Origin: Macrostomum hystrix
Taxonomy: Eukaryota; Animalia; Platyhelminthes
Length of the DNA stretch: 64,000 bases
Direction: 5' to 3'
Assembly: GCA_950097015.1 (NCBI GenBank)
Contig: CATNEN010000003.1
Location: 14,694,001-14,758,000, forward strand
Within the stretch, counting starts at the first letter, position 1. Each line of letters opens with the position of its first letter. Shown in pieces: positions 37,705 through 50,728 of the stretch. Below the pieces are notes generated by a model, which was given only the letters and a program-made list of their open reading frames with translations, searched no databases and was not told the DNA's origin. A program made the translations under genes and the position numbers.

Positions 37705-40700
37705 GGCTAGAATGCCAGTACCAGAACCAGTACCAGAAAAAATTTTTGTTATATATAGCCAACAATAAATTGACAAGCAACAGATAAAAAGACTTCTAAC
37801 GGATGAAATAGTCATATATCAGTCCGAAAATATCATAATTGCGAATAAAATATCGACGGCCTTGCGCACAACACGTTTTGTTAGCGCAGAGTTGCGTAAC
37901 GTGTATAGGGATGTAATGCGCAATTGGTAATACAGCGTAATATTTTTATCGTGTCGTACGCAAATGTCTAACTTTTTGCATGTTACATGGATATGCTTTT
38001 TGCTATTAGTTTTTTCATTTTATGAAGTACTAATGTCCTCTTATGTTTGTCGGCTTTTGAGGCTTTAGCTTTTGAAGTTCAGTGTTGAGATTTCAAGCCT
38101 CGGGTGTGCATGTTGCTTCGCATTTGATAGTGACAATTGCGTATCCTCTATTGCCTCGATAGGTCTTAGTGCTTTATCCTTATGTTTTATCGCTAATGCC
38201 TGACAAAATAAGTGTTCTGGGGTGTGTACCATGCTCTGTTTTACACTAGTAGCTGGAATATCCAATCAGCTGCTTCATCTGCTTCTTGCTTGCTATCTCA
38301 TATCCCTATCCCAACAACCCATGCATACATTTTCGAGTATAAAGCCTTCAGGAAAGCAGATTTCAATCGTCTGCTAGTATATCAATATATTTTTAACCAT
38401 GATTTTCAGTCTTCGCATCATTGCTTTACTTTCAATTTTCTTTATTTGCAAAGCAACCCACAATCGACGCATTTCTTTTTTTGAACTGTCGCCTGAATAT
38501 TCTGAAGACTATAACGATGAGTGCAGCCTTCGCAAATCATTTCGTTGTCCCTATGGTGCTGAAAACCGTCGAGTTGTCTGGCTGTATTATCAGCGTAAAA
38601 TTGTCGGTAAGTCAAAATCTTCTTATTCGAAAGTAAGAAAACTGCTTATCGTAAATCTGCTGTTGTAAGATCCACTCGAGTTGCTCTTGCTGCTTCTGTT
38701 GTGCCTGCCCGTGGTGTTGTTGCTGCTTATGTGGGGCCTGCTCATGGAAGTGATGATGCTGGGAGTGGTGATGCTGGGAGTGGTGATGCTTGGAGTGATG
38801 ATGCTGGAAGTGATGATGCTGGGAGTGATGATGCTGGGAGTGATGATGCTAGGAGTGATGATGCTGGGAGTGGTGATGCTGGGAGTGGTGATGCTCGGAG
38901 TGATGATGCTGGGAGTGATGATGCTGGGAGTGGTGATGCTCGGAGTGATGATGCTGGGAGTGATGATGCTTGGAGTGATGATGCTGGGAGTGGTGATGCT
39001 TGGAGTGGTGATGCTGGGAGTGATGATGCTGGGAGTGGTGATGCTCGGAGTGATGATGCTGGGAGTGATGATGCTGGGAGTGATGATGCTGGGAGTGATG
39101 ATGCTGGAAGTGATGATGCTGGAAGTGATGATGCTGGGAGTGATGATGCTGGGAGTGATGATGCTAGGAGTGATGATGCTGGGAGTGATGATGCTGGGAG
39201 TGATGATGCTGGGAGTGATGATGCTGGGAGTGATGATGCTGGGAGTGGTGATGCTGGGAGTGGTGATGCTGGGAGTGATGGTGCTGGAAGTGATGATGCT
39301 GGGAGTTATGATGTGAGTGTTTCTGGGAGTGCAGATGATGCTGGGAGTGACGATTCAGAAGTAATGGATTGTACTAATGATGAAGTTGCTGTTGATTTCG
39401 AGAGTACAGAAATCTGATCAATAACTACGAGCTAATTTAGTTTTTCATTTTCGAATAGCTTGGAGCCAGTGGAAAAAATGCATTTGTTATGTCAGAGAAC
39501 CGATATGTGAACTTTTCGAATCTCAGAGCACTAAATCCAAAATTTCGCATAATGGCATATAACAACCAAAGTCTAAAACTGCCGGGCCATTCAAAAGACA
39601 TTATTCACCAAAACTGCTGGTTTACTTGCTGAAGCACTGGTGTTAGTTTAGCTCCATTGTTCTGCCATTTCATCGGGAGTATCAAGAGCTTCAGAAAGAA
39701 TAAAAGTTGGTGTTCAAACTCTTACGTAGGATCGTACTTTTCCGACGTTAAATTTCGAAAAACAAGGTTCGGCAAGGCTTTCAGTGTGAACAAGTTTCAA
39801 ACGAATGCACCCGTTTAATTCTGTCCGATTCTTCAGAACGACCATTCTTACTAAGTCTAATATTGACACAACACGCGAAGAACTATAGCTTTCCGGCCTA
39901 GACACAAAACCTATCTCAGATAAGTCGATACCAAAACATTTTATAAAACTATGGCAAAACCTAATCAAAAGCACCACCAGTATTCGCGAAGGCATGCCAG
40001 AAATTTTAGGAATAACGTAAAAAATAAATCAATGTTGAGATCATTGCAGTCTGATGGTCATATAGCTGTGGTGTATTCGTCTGTCTGTATGCGAAAGTTC
40101 TAGTAACATCCGTTGATACCGAGTTCCGAGCTTTGTGCTTGCCAACAACGGAAGGATTTTTTAACAGAGCTCGAATCTGCATCTGGAAAGACTTACAAAA
40201 AAAGAGAAAATGAAGAATCCTCCAACTCGTGCGTTCGCTGTCATAAAGCTGAACCCAGTGCGACTCGAACTTGGCTGCAATGTGATCTTTGTATTTCGTG
40301 GCTGCACCATATGAGTGTGCATCGAAAGATATGTACCAGCGCCACGCGTCCAACGGCTACGTCTGCGCCGAGTAGGCAGCAACGCGATAGCTGGATGGAT
40401 GCACCAAGAAGTGCAGCGAAAAAATGAACTAATTACTAAAAGCTTATTGCTAATTGCGTCAAAAATGAATTTTCAATTCTGTAAATAATTATATTTTAGT
40501 TTTGCATGTAAAACTGCGAATAATCTAAGCTGCTAAATATTGTAATACTTATGTAAATTACGGGCCTTTAATTTGTGCGACACAAAAACACTAAAACGAA
40601 CAAAGCGAATAAAAGCTTAAAAAAATAAATATATTCTAAAAACTAACTAAAAATATATTATAGACTTTGTGAAAAACTCTGCCTAAGCCAGTCCCAAGCC

Positions 40701-41192
40701 TGGTTTTAAAAAGAGGAGGGCTCATAAAAATATATTGAACAATATACAGTTCAACTGTATTTATCTCTTATTTATCTATTTTATTATGATGTAATAATCC
40801 TGAGAAGCGCAAAACATAAGGTTATATTCATTGTTTTGTTGGCTGAAGTTTATGAAGATTATAAAAAAGAAATAATACAAACCAAAAATAAGTGCAGAGT
40901 TGTGATCTTCAATAAAAAGCTTTTTTGTATTCGTTTAATTACATATTTTTATGAGCAAATTTGTTTAACTTTATGAAAACTTTGGTTACGAAACTTTTTG
41001 TGAAAACTAGCGATCATATTTGCGTTGTGCGCAAGGCCGTCAATATTTATTAATTTTATTCGCAATTATGATATTTTCGGACCGATGTACGAGTATTTCA
41101 TCTGTTAGTAATCTTTTTATCGGTTACTTGTCAACTTTTGTTGGCTATAACATAATATTTTCTGGTACTGGTTCTAGTACTGGAAGTTTAGA
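37705..41192 (+). mobile_element. Degenerate ~3.5 kb DNA transposon with ~170-bp TIRs carrying Ulp1/SENP-like protease and PHD finger remnants
   Basis: 37705-37872 is the inverted repeat of 41024-41192 (shared GTCCGAAAATATCATAATTGCGAATAAAAT and GACGGCCTTGCGCACAAC). Frameshifted QSDGH/SCGVFVCLYAK at ~40047-40100, then CVRC..(n)..WLQCDLCISWLH. No TSD is recognisable. Confidence 0.75.
38748..39350. repeat. 15-bp minisatellite (GGGAGTGATGATGCT)n within the transposon
   Basis: Reads (GSDDA)n in one frame. Confidence 0.95.
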
Positions 41193-43220
41193 TGTCAATT
41201 ATTATGCTTACACGTTTTGTTTTATGTTGTTGACTTCTTAAAGTGGTGTTTCACGGATAGTTCTTAGAAAATAAGTACTAATTTTCTGTCAAAAAATTTT
41301 AGATGTTTGCAAAACGAAAAAAATAAGAAGCTCCTAACAATTTTTTCGTAAATATCTGGTTTTATTATATTCTATAGTGTTAAGGTTTGTCTGTGGTATT
41401 TTTGTGAAATTATAAAACTTTGCCTAAGTCTTTTTTTCGCTTCAGGCCTGCTGTCATTTACTCCGCTGCTGTGCCATTGACTATCACGACAATTTAAAGA
41501 GAAGTTTAGCGCGAGAGTTACAATAATATAGCATGAGATGAAAACTAGCATATAGGTTTATAGTTCTTGTTTTAATAAACATGTTTAAAAATTAGCACCT
41601 CAACAGCTAAACCAAAATATTTAAGTCATTGCATGTGGCAGCCCGGGCTGCACCTAATTTACAATATTTTAAGTTCTTTGTTTTTTGACCTTTATCCTTG
41701 AGCATCAAATAGACATTTTGCACTTAAATCTCTAATATGAAATTGAAATAGATGTTGAAAAATATAAAATGCTGTATTTGTAATCTAACCAACCATATTG
41801 TAGCCTGTGCTCTGGCTTGTCTAATCACAAAAACCTAATTTTTGTAGAAGGCTATATCTTCAATGCAAATTTCAATCAGAAATTATTGTAATTCAAAACT
41901 AATTATAAAATTATATATATTTTTTCCTTGATGCCACCACAGCTTAGTTGAAGCCAAAAGTATATTAAGCCTAGAATTTTGAAAAGCATTTGCATACATC
42001 TATACAGTTGAAAATGATTGTCTTCCAAAACTAAAGGGGTGCCATTTCGCATTATACTTTTTAACCTACATTTTTTTTCATTTTTATATGATTACTTCTG
42101 TAGTCATGCTCACTTAAGACATAAAATTTCAAAGTTTTGGAATAGGCCCTAACATTAATTTTAGAGCAGATTTCTTATTAAAGTGCTTGTTAGGCCTATC
42201 CAAAAACTGAAATAATATAAGAAGTCCCACATTGAATAGCTAAGATGCAAAAGGGAAGTGTTGTAGTTTCTAAAGGCAATATTAAATTCATTATAGTAAA
42301 ATAATTGTCATCCAAAACTGGCATATAAGGGGTCAGATTGTAAATCCACAAGGCACTAATTTCAAAAAGGGTACTAAAACCATGTGTATTGTTGCTTCAC
42401 AAATTTTAACTTTGATTCTTCTGAACATTTGTCAAGGTGATCAACACTTGACCTAGTGATTGTCATCCAAAATAATACTCAGCTTAGTTAATATTATATA
42501 GCATTTTAGCATAGTCTCATATCAGTTTTACAAGAATCTATCAACAGTTTGCCCACAATTGCAAAACTATTTAGCATTAATTGCATAGCAGAATAGATTT
42601 AATATTAGGTTTTCTATAATCTCATTGCACCTATGAAATAGACCTTATTCCAATTGAGAATTCATAATGTTATTTTAAAGTACTAGGCCTAAAATTGGAA
42701 TTAGAAATTAAAATCAGTATTGTATTAAAAATGGTGGGGATCTCAAATAAATAGAAAATAGCTACAATGTCATACCAAGCCATGCTGCACCATCAGGTGC
42801 TGAACCAACCTAAAATAAAAAGCATGACAGACATTTGACTGCTAAAATTTCATTCTTTCCTATATCCTATAGGGAAATCAGAAGAACGGTACTGTTTCCT
42901 GAAAATGTGTTATGTGTGTAACATTTCTGATTTAACAGTTGACATTAGATTCATTCTAGTAACAGTTAAATAAGTTGTGCTAAATACTCAAGACTAAGTA
43001 TATATTATTAGTGCTCAGAGACTGCATTTTTTAACTATTGTGATAACAATCTTTGTAAGGAAATATAATAAGTAATAGCAGTATGTTTATAAGATGAAGT
43101 TATCTTTACTGTAAATAGTTTTTAGAGATAGCTATCAATTTGGATATTTTAAAATTGAACAGCTCTAGTAGAAACAGCTACTATTTAACTTTGCCTTAGT
43201 GTATTAACTATATATTAGCT

Positions 43221-43521
43221 CATACATGCGCAACACCTGGCCGACCCGGCCAAACCGGCTGGGTGAAACAAGGGCCAAGCAAGGTAAGTCGCAAAAACCA
43301 ATCAACCATTGCAAAAACACCAAAGGGGGGACCAAGGGACAAATAAGGAAGGCATGAAGAAGAGGAAAAAGGGGAGAGAAAAAGAGAGCAAATGACAGCA
43401 AACTATGTCGTAAATAGAGCAATGAAACAAACTAAGTCGCAAATGAGAGCAAACTAAGTCGTAAATAGAGCAAAAACTAAGTCGCATGGCCGGCTAAGAT
43501 TTGGGAGGTTGCACATTTATG
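43221..43521. mobile_element. MITE copy 1 (14-bp TIR, 8-bp TSD TATTAGCT; hAT- or P-type)
   Basis: tattagct|CATACATGCGCAAC...GTTGCACATTTATG|tattagct. Confidence 0.9.
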
Positions 43522-43620
43522 TATTAGCTTGGTGATTGCTATGTTGACTGGGCATAATATACATATGTAATTTAGATATTTACATATAGCAAAGAGAAAA
43601 AACAATGTACATACTATATT

Positions 43621-43868
43621 CATACATGCGCAACACCCGGTTGACCCGGGTTTGGCCGGGTGAAATGAGGGCCAAGCAAGGTAAGTCGCAAAAACCAATT
43701 GACCAAGTGCAAAATAATCAAAGGGGGGACCAAGCAACAAAAAAGGAAGGCGTGAAGAAAAGGAAAAAGGGGAGAGAAAAAGAGAGCAAATGAGAGCAAA
43801 CTAAGTCGTAAATAGAGCAAAAACTAAGTCACAAGGGCAGCTAAGATTTGGGAGGTTGCGCATGTATG
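43621..43868. mobile_element. MITE copy 2, same family (8-bp TSD ACTATATT)
   Basis: actatatt|CATACATGCGCAAC...GTTGCGCATGTATG|actatatt, with a perfect TIR. Confidence 0.92.
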
Positions 43869-44177
43869 ACTATATTACATCAAAAGGAACAAAGTAATTA
43901 TTTGTTGGCTTCTTACTGTATATCACTACAAATGTAAACTATGGACGGTACATATTTAAACTAGTTCTTTTTTCTTCTTTTTTTCATCATACTTCTTGTG
44001 AACCAATATTACATTTTTTATTTATAAAATTGGTTGTAGACAGTTAGTTAAAGATAGCAAGTCTTTGTTCTATTTCAGAATCTAAAGTTCTGACTAAACA
44101 CTCAGATAAATGCTTTGCAATGACAAGTACATAGAGAATAACAAAATATAATCAATCAGCTTTATTGTCAAACAGCT

Positions 44178-47100
44178 ATGCAACAACAGAAACAACCTCA
44201 GCAGCAGCAGCAGCAGCATCCAACACCAATGCCTCAACAAGCTCAAAGACACTTTTCAATTGACTCAACCATTGCTGGCCAATATGATCTTGAGCACACA
44301 ATTGGTAGAGGCCATTTTGCAGTTGTCAAATTGGCTAGGCATACTTTCACTGGTGAACAAGTGGCTGTCAAAGTGATTGACAAGAGTAAATTAGATGCCA
44401 TTAGTAGGGAGCATCTATTTCAAGAAGTGATGTGCATGAAGCTAGTTCAACATCCGAATGTAGTCAGATTATATGAAGTGATTGACACAACAAATCGACT
44501 CTATCTGATCTTGGAACTAGGCGACGGTGGAGATCTCTACGATTACATACTGAAGCACGAGAGTGGCCTCAAAGAATCAGTTGCTAGGGCATTCTTTCAT
44601 CAGATAGTGACCGCCATAGCCTATTGTCACAAATTACACGTCTGTCATCGCGATTTGAAATTAGAAAATTGCGTTGTATTTGAAAAGCAAGGCCTGGTTA
44701 AGCTGACAGATTTCGGCTTCTCAAACGTATTTACACCTGGTAAATTCTTGGAGACCTCCTGCGGTAGTCTGGCTTATTCCGCTCCGGAAATTCTTCTTGG
44801 CGACTCTTACGACGCAACTAAGGTCGACGTTTGGTCCCTAGGTAGGACTGGCTATTCCGCTTATAATATAATAATTGATTACGCCTGCCCCAATTGGGCC
44901 AGATGTGCAGCCGACAGCACAGCCGCAGCTATTGCGCGGCGCATCTGAAGGCTGCGTACGGCTGTTCAGCCCATAGACGCCTGGTGAACTGAAACAATGC
45001 ATAGTTTAGAAGGACACAAATTTTTCCAGTGGAGTCGGGAATCGAACCGCCGACCTTAAAGTCGTGAGTTCAACGCTCTAACCACTAGGCTACAACCCCA
45101 TAGCGAAAATTTAAGTCGGTTAAGGCGGCCTTCCCCTGTCCACAGACTAAACAACTGTACGCAGCCTTTATGAAATAAAAAATTAGAAATCTTTTATAAT
45201 GCGTTTCTACGCCAAGTTAGGTAAATTCATACTTCTAATCCTAAAAATCCCATTCTCCTCCCCCCCACAAATCCCAGGCGTAATCCTATTTATGCTAGCC
45301 GCTGGTAAGCTGCCATTCCAGGAGCAGAACGACTCTGAAACTCTGGCCCGCATCATGGACGTCCGTTATCGAGTACCGCGTCACGTGTCTCAACCCTGTC
45401 GTCGACTTATCGACCGGCTATTGCAACGCGATCCGACTAGGCGACCAACTTTAGACGCCATCCTCGAAGATGATTGGCTAGCGGGATTGCCAACCCCAAC
45501 TGGTCAGCCGCTGGTTTGCGCGGGCGAAATCTCCCCAGAAGATCAACTAGAAGTTGTAGACAAAATGGTCGAAGGCGGCTTAGCAACTAGGGAAGAAATT
45601 CTGGCCGCTCTGGCTAGAGACGATTATAGTCACGTGACTGCCACTTATTATCTTCTAGCAGAGCGTCTAATGCGACGAGCCAGATTAGAACGGCATCGAT
45701 TATCGATTGGCAGCTCGGGCGGCGGTGTCCGGCCTAATCGAGGACAGTCGGCTGAGTTAGAGAGCATTCCGGAAGCTGCCGCGGCTGCTAGCGGCGGTAG
45801 TCGACAGTCTTCATGGTGCGTGTGTGTCTATAGTTAAACATTTTTTTCGATACATATCGGTTTTTAGTCTAGAAATAAAAACTTTGTTTGCTAGTATTGC
45901 ACTGTAACCAGATTTATAACAGGTGTGTGTGTGTGATAGGATTGCACACCTGGGCTAGTTGTAATTGATTTAATTTTTACCATATCCTACTCGTAACATA
46001 CAGAAACTTGTGTTACATTGTGCCGGGTTACAAAATTTTCTTCTTTTTTAAAAACTTGCTCAACCTCGCCTCCTCCTCCGCCAGCGCTTCGCTCAGCGTT
46101 GAAGAAAAGCTTCGCCGATTCTCCATGATCATCGAAGAGGAAGACATTGGCTTGGCTTCCCTAGCCGAAGAATCATGCGCTAATACTGCTTCAGCATCAG
46201 CAGCAGCAGCAGCAGCATCAGCAGTTGCGTCGACAGCGACAGCTTCGTCGGCTATCTTCGATGGTCGATCGCGATCTAGCAGCGCCAGGCATCGTTCTCT
46301 AGTTTCTGTGCGTTCCTCTCCACAATTGCTTCTGCGGGCGATGGCGGCCACTTTAGACGATAATCATCAGCAGCAGCAGCAGCAGCAATTTCTGCTTCAA
46401 CTGCAGCAGCATCAACTGGCTTTGCTTGGCTCTGCCGCCACAGCTACGACGACCAGTTGCGTCGGCGGCGGCGGCGGCGGTTCGTTTCGTCTTCATCACC
46501 ATCATCTGACCAGCAGACGGTCTGGAATTATCGCCGGACGAAAATCAAGCGCCGGCAGTCGCAGCTCGGAGTCATCCGACTCGCCTAGTCGTCCTCTGAG
46601 CGAATATAGCCTAGGAGAACTGGCCTGCTGCTCTTGCGACGCCAACGACGGCTCTGCTGACATTGTTAACGACATTGGCGGCAGTCAGCTGGCGGTTCTG
46701 TGCTGTCCAATTAGGGAACTTGACGAACCCCCGGCCTCTTTAGATGGTGTCGCTAGTTTAGAAAATGCAACTGGAAATGATGATTCGATTGGTAATTATT
46801 GAACTCATTTTACAGCTATATGATAGGCATATAGATCCTCATATTTGATCCCAAATCCTCATATTTGATCCCAAATCCTCATATTTGGCCCCAAATCCTC
46901 ATATTTGTCCCTAAATCCTCATATTTCACCCCAAATCCTCATGTTTGTTACCAGATTCACATTTGATCCCATGTTCTCAGTTTTTATCCCAAATCCTTTT
47001 ATTTGGGATAAAATCTAATTTTATCTAATTTTATCTAATATTCATATGTGATCCCAGATCCTCAGGTTTGATCCCAAATCCCCATTTTTGATCCAAGATC

Positions 47101-48286
47101 CTCAGGTTTGATCCCAGGTTCTCAGTTTTGATCCCAAATCCTCATATTTGATCCCAGATTCTCATTTGATCCCAGATCTTCAGGTTTGATACTAGATCCT
47201 CATATTTGACCCTAAATCCTCATATTTGATCCCAGATCCTCATATTTGATCCCAGATCCTTATATTTGATCTCAGATCCTCATATTTGATACTAGATTCT
47301 CATATTTGACCCCAAATTCTCATATTTGATCCCAGATCCTTATATTTGATCTCAGATCCTCATATTTGATACTAGATTCTCATATTTGACCCCAAATTCT
47401 CATATTTGATCCCAGATCCTCATATTTGATCCCAGATCCTCATATTTGATCCCAGATCCTCATATTTGATCCCAGATCCTCATATTTCATCCCAGATCCT
47501 CATATTTGATCCCAGATCCTTATATTTGATCTCAGATCCTCATATTTGATACTAGATTCTCATATTTGACCCCAAATCTTCATATTCGATCCCAAATCCT
47601 CAGGTTTGAACCTAAGATCCTCTTTGCCATTAACAGAATAACCAAAAGTATATTTTTCATATCTTATTATTTCAGGTCATTCACAGCAGCATCAGCAGCA
47701 AAATAAGCAGCAGCAGCAGCAGTCGCTATCAGCTTCGTCATCCGCCCGACAGTCTCGGCGCCGCCAGTCGGATGGTCGACAGTCTTCAATCGGTGCTAAC
47801 GCCAGGGAGAGCAGCTTCTCATTGAATTCCATTGCGTCATCGAGTCTGCGCTCTTTGTCTGCGCATCGAGTCGAACTATTGACACGAGATTTGAAACTAG
47901 CTAGAGCTTTGGTGGCTTCGGCAGCTTCGGCAGCTGCCACGAATTCGTCGTCTAGCACGTCGACAGCAGCCGCAGCGGCGTGTTCAACGGCTGCTGCGTC
48001 GGGAGCAGAGTCGGCACCGGTGGCAGCAACTGCTCCGGTGTCAAACGCCACGTCGAATGCCGATGTCTCTTCGGCAGTCAGCGCGGACGCTGTTGGCGAC
48101 GACAGTCAGCAACAATTGCAGCCGAACTCGGCGTCGCTGTCTAGGCGACAAAGGCGAAAGCGTCGACGTCAGCAGCAGCAGCAGCAGCACTTGCTGCCAC
48201 TGCCGGGTAGCGGTAGAAAGTCTGCGTCAAATGGCGGCGGTAGTGGAGTTTCAAAATTTCGCCTCTCGTGTTGCAGCGTGAGCTAA
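44178..48286 (+). CDS. SNRK: SNF-related serine/threonine kinase (839 aa, 4 coding exons)
   Basis: join(44178..44841,45278..45815,46085..46791,47676..48286). Diagnostic [50 protein letters not shown] and [20 protein letters not shown], followed by UBA-like [12 protein letters not shown]. Confidence 0.93.
44949..45167. mobile_element. PIF/Harbinger-like MITE (~30-bp TIRs) containing a tRNA-like segment, SNRK intron 1
   Basis: tga|AGGCTGCGTACGGCTGTTCAGCCCATAGAC...GTCCACAGACTAAACAACTGTACGCAGCCT|tta. A homologous end lies in the actin intron at ~4012-4076. Confidence 0.7.
45028..45099 (-). pseudogene. tRNA-like sequence (CAC in the anticodon loop, broken stems); SINE head or tRNA pseudogene
   Basis: GGGGTTGTAGCCTAGTGGTTAGAGCG...GGTTCGATTCCC has intact A and B boxes. 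A related fragment lies at ~28777-28826. Confidence 0.6.
46832..47622. repeat. 20-bp minisatellite, SNRK intron 3
   Basis: Unit gatcccagatcctcatattt. Confidence 0.93.
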
Positions 48287-48392
48287 ATTTGTTTTTAAAG
48301 CTGCTCTTTGTCATTTACAATCGTCAGATTTAGCATAGAAATATCAGGTTGTAGAAATTTAATTAGTACACCTGTTAGATCACTTCGCCGAT

Positions 48393-49889
48393 CTGTCAGA
48401 TTCGATTGTCAAGCTGTCAGATTAGATTGTCATACTGTCAGATTCGATTGTCAAGCTGTCAGATTCGATTGTCAAACTGTCAGATTCGATTGTCAAACTG
48501 TCAGATTATATTGTCAATTTTTGTCATACTGTCAGATTCGATTGTCAAACTGTCAGATTCGATTGTCAAACTGTCAGATTAGATTGTCAAGCTGTCAGAA
48601 GCGATTGACGTGCTGTCAGATTCGATTGTCAAACTGTCAGATTAGATTGTCAAACTGTCAGATTCGATTTTCATACTGTCAGATTCGATTGTCATACTGT
48701 CAGATTCGATTGTCAAGCTGTCAGATTCGATTGTCAAACTGTCAGATTCGATTGTCATACTGTCAGATTAGATTGTCAAGCTGTCAGATTCGATTGTCAT
48801 ACTGTCAGATTAGATTGTCAAGCTGTCAGAAGCGATTGACGTGCTGTCAGATTCGATTGTCAAACTGTCAGATTAGATTGTCAAACTGTCAGATTCGATT
48901 TTCATACTGTCAGATTCGATTGTCATACTGTCAGATTCGATTGTCAAGCTGTCAGATTCGATTGTCAAACTGTCAGATTCGATTGTCATACTGTCAGATT
49001 AGATTGTCAAGCTGTCAGATTCGATTGTCATACTGTCAGATTCGATTGTCAAGCTGTCAGAAGCGATTGATGTGCTGTCAGATTCGATTGTCAAACTGTC
49101 AGATTCGATTGTCAAACTGTCAGATTATATTGTCAATTTTTGTCATACTGTCAGATTCGATTGTCAAACTGTCAGATTAGATTGTCAAGCTGTCAGAAGC
49201 GATTGACGTGCTGTCAGATTCGATTGTCAAACTGTCAGATTAAATTTTCATACTGTCAGATTCGATTGTCAAACTGTCAGATTCGATTGTCAAACTGTCA
49301 GATTAGATTGTCAAGCTGTCAGATTAGATTGTCAAACTGTCAGATTCGATTGTCATACTGTCAGATTAGATTGTCAAGCTGTCAGATTAGATTGTCAAAC
49401 TGTCAGATTAGATTGTCAAGCTGTCAGATTCGATTGTCAAACTGTCAGATTAGATTGTCAAACTGTCAGATTCGATTTTCATACTGTCAGATTAGATTGT
49501 CAAACTGTCAGATTAGATTTTCAAACTGTCAGATTAGATTGTCATACTGTCAGATTCGATTGTCAAACTGTCAGATTAGATTGTCAAGCTGTCAGATTCG
49601 ATTTTCATACTGTCAGATTAGATAGTCAAACTGTCAGATTAGATTGTCAAACTGTCAGATTCGATTTTCATACTGTCAGATTAGATTGTCAAACTGTCAG
49701 ATTAGATTGTCAAACTGTCAGATTCGATTTTCATACTGTCAGATTAGATTGTCAAACTGTCAGATTAGATTGTCAAACTGTCAGATTCGATTTTCATACT
49801 GTCAGATTAGATTGTCATACTGTCAGATTCGATTGTCAAACTGTCAGATTAGATTGTCAAGCTGTCAGATTCGATTGTCAAGCTGTCAG
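48393..49889. repeat. 21-bp minisatellite just 3' of the SNRK stop codon
   Basis: Unit tgtcagattcgattgtcaaac. Confidence 0.96.
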
Positions 49890-50728
49890 AGTCGATGGCA
49901 CCACAAAATGCAATATAAACAACATCTTTATGGTTAGAGTAAACGTAAAGTATATATATTTCATACTGAGGTGTGTGTGTGACTACTAAAAGTAATATGC
50001 TGATGCGAATTTTCGTTTTTTTCGCCAACATAAAAGATGTTAGAATACATTTAGACTGTTATATTTTTTACTCTTATACATCAGTATAGTTATTGCATGT
50101 AAATATATATGGTGTAATAAGTTTACTATCAAGAACTCGAGTAAGTAGTAATATTAATTTTTCGCCCATATATTTATTTATTTGTGTATTTTTTCTCTCC
50201 AGACTGTGTTTAGAAATAAAACAAAAGAATAAGCGTATGAGATTTTTTGTCCTTTCGTTTTGTACTTTATCTATGTTTTCTATGTTACTATATCTTATAA
50301 TTGGCCAATGTAGAATAATATATATTTTGGCATTCATGTCTCGATGATACTACTTGCATCGATTTTATTAAGTAGCTTAAAAAACCTAGATAAGCGCACA
50401 CTGGTCACACTGCTAGTATTAATATATTCTTTGTCTAGCTTAATTAATTGAGCTATAACAATTTGGCAAACAATTTTGCAAATTTTTCACAATTTTTTAA
50501 CGTGCAATTTAATTTTTATTTCAGCTTTTTTGTAAGTCTTTCTCAATAATTTGCTGTTTTTCTTTGTTCCAGTGAGAACAATTTAAGTTTCCTTTTTTGT
50601 AGCTCTTTATTTTCAAGAAAATTCTGTTTTAGTAGCACATGAACTTGTTAGTTTCAGAAAATTTAGCTCTATCTTTATTCACATTCAACTGACTAGATTT
50701 GGAACGTAATGACCCTCAAAAATACCTT

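Noticed and set aside
42015-42475. Recurrent ATTGTC(A/T)TCCAAAA motif (three copies)
   Set aside because: It may be a subterminal motif of an old transposon, but no TIRs or other structure could be defined.
45028-45099. Functional tRNA-Val(CAC) gene
   Set aside because: The acceptor and anticodon stems do not pair properly, and the sequence is embedded in a MITE.
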